This document shows, one piece after another, positions 11,814 through 23,683 of a stretch of DNA of 64,000 bases. Within the stretch, counting starts at the first letter, position 1, and every line of letters starts with the position of its first letter. Position numbers and translations under genes: made by a program. Below the pieces are notes generated by a model, which saw only the letters and a program-made list of their open reading frames with translations, searched no databases and was not told the DNA's origin. Source of the stretch: the human T2T-CHM13v2.0 reference genome, Homo sapiens; the NCBI RefSeq assembly GCF_009914755.1, contig NC_060934.1; one strand, given 5' to 3'.

Positions 11814-12280
11814 ACTATTAACTATTAAAACATAACAGATGAATGTAAACTGGATGGTACAATGGGAAATGTTCAGTGTTTCTTTTGCGAACTTTTGGAA
11901 CAAAAGAAAATAATCTAAATGAAAATATTTATTTTGACAATTGTATTTTTAGGGTTTATGCCACATGCTAGAAATAAAGGTGATGAGCCAAAAATAATAA
12001 AATAAAATCCATCAAAGGCAGGTTAAAGTCATCTGTCCAAATCTTTTGGTGTCAATAAATTGTTCCTTGTTTCGATTATAAAGAGTTTCACAGCAATTAT
12101 AAACATTTAATAAGGTATGGCCCATTATAATTCCTGACTGTAAACCAATCAATGAAACAAACCAGACTGTGTCCCAAAGCCCTTATTCCACATCGTCTTC
12201 TTACTTGTCTTACAATAGCAGGCCATCCCCAGATCCAGGAGGGAGGGAAAATGTGAGCAGGTAGAGAGTGCCAAGGAAAC

Positions 12281-12388
12281 AGGGTGACCAACCATCCCCA
12301 CGTGCCTGGGGCTGACCGATTCCCGCACGCCAGGCTTTCCATTTTAAAACCAGGAAAGTCCCAGGCACACTGGGACCATCACTCACCT
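12281..12388. mobile_element. hAT-Blackjack MITE (MER81/MER94-like)
   Basis: Terminal inverted repeats agggtgaccaaccatccc ... gggaccatcactcacct; ~110 bp. Confidence 0.7.
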
Positions 12389-12519
12389 CATCCAGGCGTG
12401 AGAGTCCCCACACGGCTTTGAGAATTAGGACGAAATAGAGAACTGTTTGATTCTCCCTCAAAATGTGATCACACCTACCAAATCCTTCCTACGCAAATTG
12501 TCCCATCTCCTAGAAGCTT

Positions 12520-12655
12520 CCCAATAACCCATGAGGCCATAGCAGCTCATTTCATGAATGGGGAGACAGAGGCCCAGAGCCACATATCTGGCATATAGCA
12601 AAACTTAGAGCTCAGCCCAGGCCTGTCTGGTCCCAAAGCCCACACTCTTCACCTC
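12520..12655 (-). mobile_element. MIR fragment
   Basis: ctcatttcatgaatggggagacagaggcccagag core and cccaggcctgtctggtcccaaagccc. Confidence 0.65.
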
Positions 12656-13849
12656 CCCACTCAATGGCTCTTTCAGCAGTTGCCAGCTATGGATCTGCTG
12701 TTTGTTCAACCTGCACTGCGGTGGCCAGGGACTGAAGTGACTCAGGGTGGTGCTCATATGTGCGTGTGTGTGTGTGCCAGTGTCGGAAGGAGTATTTACT
12801 TTGAGTAGCATTTCTCTTCTCTCCTCAGTGTTATTTAGAAATTTTATAAAAATTTTTCATAGTGAACACTCTCTAATCTTAAGCTGTAGCCACCAAAACC
12901 AAATGCAGTGTGCCTCCTTCCAGAAATTGTTTGCATCTTGTGTTTTTGTTTCCAGACTCGGAGCTGGAGTCTGCAATTACACAGCTCTGCAGACATGGAG
13001 CTGAGCCACCTGAGCTTGAGCTCTTGTGCACATTCTATTTGGGTTTTCCCAGAATGTCTGAGGCCTTTGCTACAGATACTGTATGTCTGAGGCTGAAATG
13101 GTATCCTGCGGAAAAATAAGCAATTTGAGTACAAGGTGTATTGGAGTTGAGGGGAAATGGTCAGATATAAATAAACACAAAGGGAAAAGAAAGGCATAGA
13201 AATTGAAAGCTTAGAATAATGTATAACTATTAAAAGATTCTGAAAAACTCATTTTATCTATTTAATAATCTCTGAGGTAAAAGCGGAGGATAGCAGTCTC
13301 CAGTTGGAATTACTGGCTAATGTTATTCATAGCCAATCGTTATCAGCTGCCATCCAGCCCCATATTTTCATATTCTGCTAAAGTCTTCTTCCATGCAAAC
13401 TTGGGAAGCAGGGTGATTCTTGTCCCACCTCACAGGCCACACAGAAGAGTCAAGAAGAGGTTTTTAATCAATGCGTATTAAGCTGGGAACTTGACTGAGG
13501 TCTTCATCACTGCTCAATCCTGCCTCTATGACTATCCGGAAAAAGTTAAAACTCTCGCTAGAGCTAACCAATGTGAAATGTTTCTAAGTGAAAAACGCTG
13601 CATAACAACGGTGTTTCAGCAGCATGTTCGGAGCCAGGGGCTCTGTGGGGGACGCTGACACTCCCACTGGGAAAGCCCAGGGCCCTGGAGAACCAGCCAA
13701 GCACTCACCTTCTCTCCAGCCTTCGCTCCAACACGCACAGGGGATAAGTCAGGGAATTCCAGGAGCCTCCAGGGGCTCTGACACTTTCATTTTCCTGACA
13801 ATGTTAAAAGCCCAGGTGTCTAAACAGACACAGACCCATCCATGCATGA

Positions 13850-14042
13850 AAACATACACACATACAAACACACACTTAAACATATGCACACATACACATA
13901 TGCACACACACACAATCTGTTTTCAAGTGTATAAGTCCCAGTAAACATACACATAGACGAACACACACTGAAACATATGCACATGTACACGTATGCACAC
14001 ACACACACACAATCTGTTCTCAAGTGTATAAGTCCCAGTAAA
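13850..14042. repeat. ~97-bp tandem duplication of a CA-rich unit
   Basis: caatctgtt(t/c)tcaagtgtataagtcccagtaaa at 13913 and 14010. Confidence 0.9.
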
Positions 14043-14364
14043 ACAAATTACTTCATGTCAAATATGATTTTTGACCCATAAATAAAAATAAATCCTTATC
14101 TTATTCTTGTCTTTTTTATTCTCCCAATGATTACTTTAAACTCCCCTTTTTTTTAATATCCTATTTGGCTTGACTTAAGGAATTCTGAAAAGCTTGCTGC
14201 TGAGGGATTCCAGAAGAGTCACAGATGGTTGATGTAATCAACTTCACCCGTTCTTTCATCGTTGGTTGTATTGTGTGGTTTTCCTTCCACTCTGCATGTC
14301 TGTGGAGCAGACAGAACTCATGGCCTGGAAAAGTCACTAGAATTTGTTTTTACACCAGCAAAGC

Positions 14365-15902
14365 ACAGAGGGAGGGGCAAAGGGAGAGGCCAAAGGAGGA
14401 GCAGAGAGAAAAGCAGAGGGAGGAACAGAGGGAGGAGTGGAGGGAGAAGCAGAAGGAGGAGCAAAGGGAGGAGCAGAGGGAGGAGCGAAGGGAGGAGCAG
14501 AGGAAAAAGTGGAGGGAGGAGCAGAGAGAGAAAAAGAGGGAGAAGCGGAGGGTGGATCGGAGGGAGGAGCAGAGAGAGGGATAGAGGGAGGAGTAGAGGG
14601 AGGAGCAGAGGGATGAGTGGAGGGAGGAGCAGAGAGAGGAGTGGAGGGAAGAGTGGAGAGTAAGGCAGAGGGAGGAGCAGAGGGAGGAGTGGAGAAAGGA
14701 GCTAAGGGAGGACTAGAGGGAGGAGCAAAGGGAGGAGCAGAGGGAGGAGCGAAGGGAGGAGCAGAGGAAAAAGTGGAGGGAGGAGCAGAGAGAGAAAAAG
14801 AGGGAGAAGCCGAGGGTGGATCGGAGGGAGGAGCAGAGAGAGGGATAGAGGGAGGAACAGAGGGAGGAGCAGAGGGATGAGTGGAGGGAGGAGCAGAGAG
14901 AGGAGTGGAGGGAAGAGTGGAGAGTAAGGCAGAGGGAGGAGCAGAGGGAGGAGTGGAGAAAGGAGCTAAGGAAGGACTAGAGGGAGGAGCAAAGGGAGAA
15001 GCAGAGGGAGGAGCAAAGGGAGGAGTGAAGAGGAGCTGAGAAAGGACCAGAGGAAGGAGCAGAGGGAGAAGCAGAGAGAGGGATAGATGGGGGAACAGAG
15101 GGAGGAGCAGAGGAATAACCAGAGGGAGGAGCTGAAGGAGGAGCAGAGAGAGAGGCAGAGGGAGAGGCAGAGGGAGAACCAGAGGGAGGAGTGGAGAGAA
15201 GAGTTGAGGGAGGACCAGAGGGAGGAGCAAGGTAGGAGGTAGGGAGGAGCAGAGGTAGGAGAGAAGGAAGGAACAGAGGGAGGAGCGGAGGGAGAAGTGG
15301 AGGGAGCAGCGGACGAAGAAGCAGAGGGAAGGACAGAGGGAGGAGCAGAGGAAGAAGCAGAGGGAGGAGTGGAGGGAGGAGCAGAGAGGGGGCAGAGGGA
15401 GGATCAGAGGGAGGATCAGAGGGAGGAGCAGGGAGAGGGACTGAGGGTGGAGCAGAGGGAGGAGAAGAGAGATGAATGGAGGAATGAGCAGAGGGAGGAG
15501 CAGAGAGAGGGGCAGAGGGAGGATAAGAGGGAGGAGCTGAGGTAGGACCAGAGGGAGGAACAGAGGGAGGAGCAGAGGGAGAAGCGGAGGGAGGAGCAGG
15601 GAGAGGGATTCAGGGAGGAGCAGAGGGAGAAGAAGAGAGATGAATGGAGGAATGAGCGGAGGGAGGAGCGGAGAGAGGGGCAGAGGGAAGACAAGAGGGA
15701 GGAGTGGAGAGAGGAGCCGAGAGAGGACCAGAGGGAGGAGCAGAGGGAGGAGCAGAGAAAGGAGAGGAGCAGAGGCATGAGTGAAGGGAGGAGTGGAGAG
15801 AGGGGCAGAGGGAGGAGCGGAGGGAGGAGTGGAAAGAAAAGCTGAGGGAGGACCAGAGGCAGGAGCAGAGGGAGGCGCAGAGGGAGGAGCAGAGGGAGGA
15901 GT
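14365..15902. repeat. Polypurine 12-bp minisatellite (AGAGGGAGGAGC)n, ~125 degenerate units
   Basis: Directly visible; the + strand is overwhelmingly G/A over 1.5 kb. Confidence 0.97.
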
Positions 15903-16419
15903 GCTGGTGAAGGAGCTTCAAGGCAAAGCTGGCCCAGCACCCACTCAGCGTTAGCCCACCTGCAGCTCCCTGGGCTTCCTCAGTCGTCTCTCTTTGCCCT
16001 CACCTTTTCAAGTCTCCAGCTCCTGCCCTTAGAACAAGTATGAGGACTTGCAGGGGGCCTCTTTTTTGTGTTTTTGTTTCTAAGCGAAACCTAGCTGTGT
16101 TTTGCTGCACCTGGGTTGGCTCCCACGGTGTGCTGTGTTTTTCCCTCTTGTGATGGAAATAGCTCCTCGGCTGCAGCATAACCATGGCCCGTGGCCTGGG
16201 CCTCCCGCTGTCTCTCTTGCTCCTCTGCAGCGGCTTCCCTTGGAGACCCCGAGATCCCTGTGCACCCTCCCAGCTGTCCCCAGGGCTCCAGCTCTGCCCG
16301 GCTCCCCTCGGCCATCCCTGTGCCCACTCCCACTTCAGGGGACACTGGCTGTGTGCCAGCTGCAGTGCAGCTATCCTCATCATTGACAAACCACTGGTGC
16401 TCTGAGCACTGATATTTCT

Positions 16420-17115
16420 AAAAGACTTACTTTTTTAGAGAAGTTTTAGGTTTACAGCAAAATTGAACGGAAGGTGCAGAGATTTCCCATGTACCCCTCT
16501 CCTTCCTCCCAGCCTCCCCCACCATTAACAGGCACCACTGTGCTGGGTGTTACAATTAACGAGTCGGTAATGATGTATTATTATCACCTAAAGTTCATGG
16601 TTTACTGACGGCTCACTGTTGTTGGACATTCTGTAGGTTGGAACAGATGCATCATGATATGGACCCATCCTTATGGTATCACACGGAGCAGCTGCATTGC
16701 CCTAAAAGTCTCCTGTGCTCCACCCATGCCTCCCTCCCTCCCCCAACCCCTGAAACCACTGATTTTTTCCCTGCTTCCACAGTTTTGCCTTTTCCAGAAT
16801 GTCCTAGAGTTGGAGTCATACAATGTGTTTTTGGTTGGCTTCTTTCCAGAATGTCCTAGAGCTGGATTCAAACAATGTTTCTGGTTGGCATCTTTCTCTT
16901 AGCAATATGCATGTAAGCTTCCTCGGTGGCTTCTCATGAATTCATAGCTTGTATCTGTGAACACTAATAACATTCCACCATCGATATGCACCACAGCTTA
17001 TTCACCCATTCACCAACCCAAGGGCACCTTGGTTGCTTCCAAGCCCTGGCAATTACAAAAAAACTGCTATAACCAGCCGTGTGCAGGCTTTTGTGTGGAC
17101 ATAAGTTTCTAACCA
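16420..17115 (-). mobile_element. Old L1 3' fragment (L1MC/MD-like) with internal 52-bp tandem duplication (16791/16843)
   Basis: ttagagaagttttaggtttacagcaaaattgaacggaaggtgcagagatttccc ... gtgcaggcttttgtgtggacataagttt. Confidence 0.8.
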
Positions 17116-17606
17116 ACTCTGACATTTATAACAGCCAGAAACTGAGGCCACCAAGAATGGACACAGAGCCTTTGTGTGGAGGAGAAAGAGGTTCCTTTCT
17201 CAACACCCTTCAGCTTCACATATCTGAAGAGTGCCTGAACCCCCACACAGATCTGCACAGTGACCTGACTGGTGCACACTCTGGCATGGACCGTGACAAG
17301 TGCATATACCCCCAGGATCCACCTGGGCCTTATACTTTAAAACAATGCCCCTGAGCAGGCTTATCTGCAAAATCTGGGGTGAGATAATAGCCCAGAGATG
17401 AATGAAAGCCATCCGCACCTGCGAGAGAGGAGGTTCGGATCACGTTCTGAAACATCCTCAACACCTTACATCCAATGAACTGCCGTGATTTCCAGTATTA
17501 GCTTTGTAGGTTTTCTGACGAGTCTCATCAGGGGCTTGGATGTTTTTCTAGAAGCTGTGGGGCCACATGCCATCGCAGTTTTCTGTGATGTTGGCCATGG
17601 CAAGCC

Positions 17607-17931
17607 CCTCTCAGATGCACAGAATGATGCCCTTGGTTGCCGTCTCCCAGATGGGGCACTCGCTTCCCCACCCCATTCTTGCCTCCCAAGCCCTGAGATC
17701 TCTCTAGGGACCATCTTGGACCCATAGGGCCTTGACTTCATCATGGGCTGCTTTCATCCTGTCCTCCTAATCCATTTCCACCCACCTGGACTCCTAAGCG
17801 CCATGGTCCTCTGGTCTAGAGTGCCAGGATCTGTGAGCTAGTGGTGACGATTTGTAGCAGGCGCCATCTCCAACCTCATGGGTGGGCTGCCACCCTGGCT
17901 TCAGCTTCCGGTGTTCCATAACCTTTTTGAA
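17607..17931. repeat. Direct duplicate (copy A) of 19087-19404
   Basis: Colinear alignment by eye, roughly 90% identity, 7-bp length difference. Confidence 0.96.
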
Positions 17932-19086
17932 GCCCCTCACTTCCTCAGCACTGTTTCTGTCTTTTATGCTCATTCTACTGGGTTCTCTCATAAAACACAG
18001 GGCTCGTTTTGGAGAAGGCAGATCTAGCAGGCACTGTGCTTACTGAACTGAGTTTGGGTCCAATTCCCTATACCTGCCAGGCTTGGTCAGCTCATTTGAC
18101 ACCGCATGGCTCTTATGAGACTCGCAGAGCTCTGGGATCTTCTGGGTCTTCCAGTTTGTCCTTTCACAGCTGCATCTTTGACCTGCCCTCAGCAGCCCCT
18201 TCACGCTGTGTGTTACGGCCGTCGGGTGTGGCCTGTGCCCTTGCCTGGCCTGCCTCTCCTGGGGTCAGCAGCAAAACAACATTTTTCTAATTGGCCCCTG
18301 CACTTGAGCAAGGAGGCAGGAGGCTGGGCCACCTGCTCACGGTTCCTGGTGTCACCAAGATTTCCAGGTGCGGAGCCAGCAGCCTGGGATCAATTAGAAA
18401 TGGTGATTGAAGCTGAATGTGATTAATTATATAATTTGAGTGATTCAGGTTTTAATTATACTAAAATTACATCATAAATCCAGGGCATTTGGAAGAATCC
18501 CCAACAAAACTCATCCAGGGAGGAATGCAGCCTCCACGCCAGACTCTCACCGGCATCCCGTCCCGCACTGCTCACCAAATGCACGCGTCCCCCTCACACT
18601 CACAACCACGAGGGTCCCATGTGTACGGAGGTCTCACTTAGCCACTGCTGAGCAAGTGTGGGTGCTTCATCCTGCAGCCCCTGATCAGTGTGGGGAATCC
18701 TGTGGGGACAGTATGATCACATTGTCCTTGGTAAGGCCAACAGAAGCTGTGGACACATTCCCCATTTCATCTGTGGCTGGGAGGTATAAGTTGCTTTAGG
18801 CTATGCCTTTGCATTTCATTGAGATAAACTTAATCCCAACTCCACGCAGTGATTCTTGTATCCTACACCTACACCCATAGGCTGCTTTGAAGAATAGTCA
18901 TTCGACTGGATGATGGTAATTCCCATGTAATTAATTTCTGGCACACCTTGGGGATCTCTGGAAAGCAGGACATTTATTATGGCAGTGGCTCCTTATTCCT
19001 CAGAGTGTCCTCAAAACCCAGAAAACACTTGCTGACCCAGGCCCATAAATTTTCTGGGGCAGAGCTCAGACCGGCAGCGTGTGCAA

Positions 19087-19404
19087 CCTCTCAGATACAC
19101 AGAACGATGCCCTTGGTTGCCCTCTCCCAGCTGGGGCACTTGCTTCCCCATCCCATTCTTGCCTCCTGAGCCCTGAGATCTCTCTAGGGGTCATCTTTTG
19201 GGCCTTGACTTCATCATGGGCTGCTTTCATCTTGTCTTCCTAATCCATTTCCACCCACCTGGACTCCTGAGCACCATAGTCCTCTGGCCTGGAGCCCCAG
19301 TATCTGTGAGCTAGTGGTGATGATTTGTAGCAGGCACTGTCTCCATCCTCATGGGTGGGCTCCCACCCTGGCTTCAGCTTCCGGTGTTCCATAATCTTTT
19401 TGAA
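19087..19404. repeat. Direct duplicate (copy B) of 17607-17931
   Basis: Same alignment; ends where the L1PB fragment begins. Confidence 0.96.
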
Positions 19405-19750
19405 AACTGTAATTTTCAGGGGTACGAATGCAGTTTTGTTAAATGGCTATATAGTTTCATAGTAGTGAAGACAGGGATTTCAGGGCATTCATCATCCAAA
19501 TAAGATACACTGTACCCATTAAGTAATTTCCCCTCCCCACCCTGACCCACTCTCCCGACCTTCTGAGTCTCCGACGTCCATCATTCCGCACTCTTGGTGG
19601 GAATGTAAATTGGCACAACCTCAATGGAAAATAGTACAGAGATTTCTTAGAGAACTAAAAATAGAACAACACCATTTCATCCAGCTAGCCCACTATGGGT
19701 ATCTACCCAGAGGAAAGAAACAAATATACCTCAAAGATACCTCTACTCCT
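19405..19750 (-). mobile_element. Truncated L1PB-like element with inverted 5' part
   Basis: 19405-~19592 matches the L1PB 3' end on the - strand; ~19589-19750 matches the L1 ORF2 end on the + strand (ttggtgggaatgtaaatt...gggtatctacccagagg). Confidence 0.8.
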
Positions 19751-19885
19751 GCTTCACTTCACTTGAGTCTGGGATGAGTCCTCCGTTTCCTGAGGAACCA
19801 CGTTCTCCGTGGCTGGCATCCTTGGTCTGAGAATTTATTCAGGTGGTGCATGTGGACACACTCCACGACTGATTCTAGCATCTGT

Positions 19886-19953
19886 GCAAACTTAGGAGAG
19901 AGTATGTTGCGCTCTATAGAGCAAACTTAGGCATCAGTATGCTGCGCTCTATA
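19886..19953. repeat. 35-bp tandem duplication
   Basis: gcaaacttagg....agtatg(t/c)tgcgctctata at 19886 and 19921. Confidence 0.85.
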
Positions 19954-22477
19954 CTAAATGCCCTGCCATCCCCAAAGGTTCCATCAGGGATGTTGTACCA
20001 GCAGATTGCAAAGTGAATTTTGCTCCTATCGCAGCACAACAGGTTGCTCGGTCATGAAAACTCTCTGCTGCTTCTAATGCCCAAGTGCCCTGACTCAGGG
20101 ATCCAGGCAATCAGTTCCTCTGAGAGCTACAAAGACAGCTGCCGACAAATTGAAGTGCTGGCTAGGTGTCCAGAGCAGAGGTACTTGGAGACCGTCTTCA
20201 AGACGTATTTCCAAATTCTAATTAAGGAGAGCTTCCTAGATAAGGAAAGTGTGTCAGAAACTATGTCAGAACCATGTATTATTATTTGGGTTTTCTTCTT
20301 TCAAATAGGAGGCTTCGCTGTGAGCTCGGCACTCGGGGACGATTGTTTAAATGGTGTTTGCTGATTTGGCTTTATGTGAAAGAAACCTTCATAAATAATA
20401 GGCACCAGCTTTGTTGATCTTCTTGCATTATAATAAATTCCATGAAGTAGGTGATAGGATCCATTGATTTGTAGTTCAAGCCACATTTTTAAACTATCAG
20501 ACGACTGTCAATTCCGTCACTGCACTCTTGCGTTTACCCCTGGTTCTGTAGCGTGTCCATCGACTTGGCTGTTTTCATGAGGTGCACTGAGACCGTGACA
20601 CCCCCACCCCTAGGACCACAGTCACGACTCACATCGTGCAGATCATTTTCTGGAAGTGGCAGAAACATGAATATTGCCATCCAAAGATTAGGGACAATGG
20701 CATTTATAGACATGCATACCTTTTACTATAGTCTAAAGATGCATAAGGCCCTTTAAAGCTCAGTATACTCACTAAAAAAATGAGCTCTGCAGCCTCACCA
20801 ATAATAACTTCACAGCAAATTGCCCATTGTTCCTCAGAGTTCATTTTTAGGAGGCTGAGATCTGAGCCCCGATGGGATTTTTCTCTGCAGTAAAGCAATA
20901 CACCAGCAAATTATAGACAATAAGTCTGATTGAATCAGTATTGTTCATAGGCACACTGAGTGATAAAACATGAAGTGGATGGAAGCGACTGATGCTAATT
21001 GCTAGCTCAGCCACTGTGAACCAGGCAGCCTGCTGAGTGCAGCACTCTAGAAGTTGCCAGGGTATTGATTGTCTCTGGACAATGGCACTGGGAGACCCAC
21101 GTGGCTCCCAGGAGAATGGCCCTTGCCCCTCAAGAAGGCCTGCTGCCTCACTGCCTGCCCAGGCCCAGGCATCTGGAGTCCAGGTCTGTAAAGGAACCAA
21201 GTCCCATCATTGCAATATCTCTCTGGATTCCATTGTAATCCATTTCAGACGCAGCCACACGTGTTCATGAACTCATCAATGCAATCTGGAAATTTGACTT
21301 TGGCTTGTGATCTCTGACATTTTGATGTTTTAAAGTGGGTTTTCTGGAGTGGAGTCTTGGGCCTCCCTCTCACACTTACGGAGTCTTCCTATGGGCGTGC
21401 CCTCCAGTCTCCGTCAGTGTGTTCTGCCGTTTGCATACGGGTTGATAAACTTTGTCACTCGGCCTTTTCCATTTGGGAGTCTGCAAAACAAGGGCTGAGT
21501 CTGAGACCGTCATGACAGTGTCAAATCCCCAACGCTGCAGGAAGTCAGCAACGGCGCAGCCCACGAGTCTCCAGCACCGCCAGCATCTACCTGTCTCCGT
21601 CTTTAGAATGAAAGGGATCAAAGCCACTTTGTTACCTCCAAGGGCAATGGCTGGGGAGGGGCTGCTCTTCTCTTCTCTTTATCTGAACATCCTCGTGATT
21701 CAGCCTTTTTAGGGCCACCACGGTGCCCGATTCTAAGTTGTATGCTCTTTTCACCAACAGAAGACATTGCTCTCAGGGGAATGGTCAGGATCCGCTTCCC
21801 AGATGGGGACGTGGCCCCCACCTTCTATGACCCTGTGTGTGTCACCAAAAGCCCCGTCGAAGCTGCAGCTTTCTGATGAACAGGGCTGGGAGTGTGGGGA
21901 GCATGGCAGGGGATTTGGCACCAGCCTGAGGGGAAAGAGTTAGAGAAATGGGGGCGGCTGGGAAACGTCCGAGTTGTGTGTTTTTGGTTTGTTTATTTTG
22001 CACAACAAGCCTTCACTGCTTTGAAATTGAGAATTAATAGCTGAATGTTGCATGTAGAAGGTGAGTTTGTGCCTGAATGGCAGAAGTAAAGCATGTGCAA
22101 TCCCTTGATCCCCAGACTGTCCCCATGGCTGTGTTCCTTCCTGCCGCAAATGACTGTGGAAGGTCTTTGGTGATGGTGTGGAGGCCTGGGGATTCCTTAA
22201 TCAGGGGGCACTTCTGTGTGTTCATGGAGATCCTTTGGGCATCCCTAATGCAATTCTCCCCATTTCCGAAGCCAAAGTGATCCTTTTCTGAGATACAAAC
22301 ACAAACCTGGAGTAGCTCCTGGCTCAGTATGCAAATGTTGGGTCACAGATTGTCCCCAAGGCCCTGCAGGTCCATCCCCGCAGGTCTCTGCCACCTCAGA
22401 CCTGGGCCCCCTTTCCCTCCACATCCCAGTCCTCTTGAGGGTCTTCCTGTTCCCCAGGTGGGCTCCACTTGAACTGA

Positions 22478-23372
<895 letters not shown>

Positions 23373-23504
23373 CAGTGCGTCTCACCATGTTGCAGTCAAC
23401 TCTGGAGTCTGAGGACTGTGTCTCTCGTGTTCACTATTGTAGACTTGGCATGTGGCACAGAGCCTGGCCCATGGAGCTTCCTACAAATCCATGTTGAATT
23501 AAGT

Positions 23505-23683
23505 AAATGAATGGATGAGTGGATGGATGAGTGGATGGATGGATGGATGGATGGATGGATGAGTGGATGGATGAGTGGATGGATGAGTGGATGGATGGAT
23601 GGATGGATGAGTGGATGGATGAGTGGATGGATGGAGGGATGGATGGATGGATGGATGGATGGATGGATGGATGGATGGATGGA
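23505..23683. repeat. (TGGA)n microsatellite with periodic TGAG variants
   Basis: Directly visible. Confidence 0.97.

Noticed and set aside
14225-15940. E/G/A/R-rich or P/S-rich ORFs resembling low-complexity proteins
   Set aside because: Translations of the 12-bp polypurine repeat, open in several frames on both strands, with no splice or homology support.
17607-17931. L1 3' transduction as the origin of copy A
   Set aside because: The donor lies just 3' of the L1PB, but copy A has no poly-A/T tail and the L1 is a short, truncated, inactive copy.
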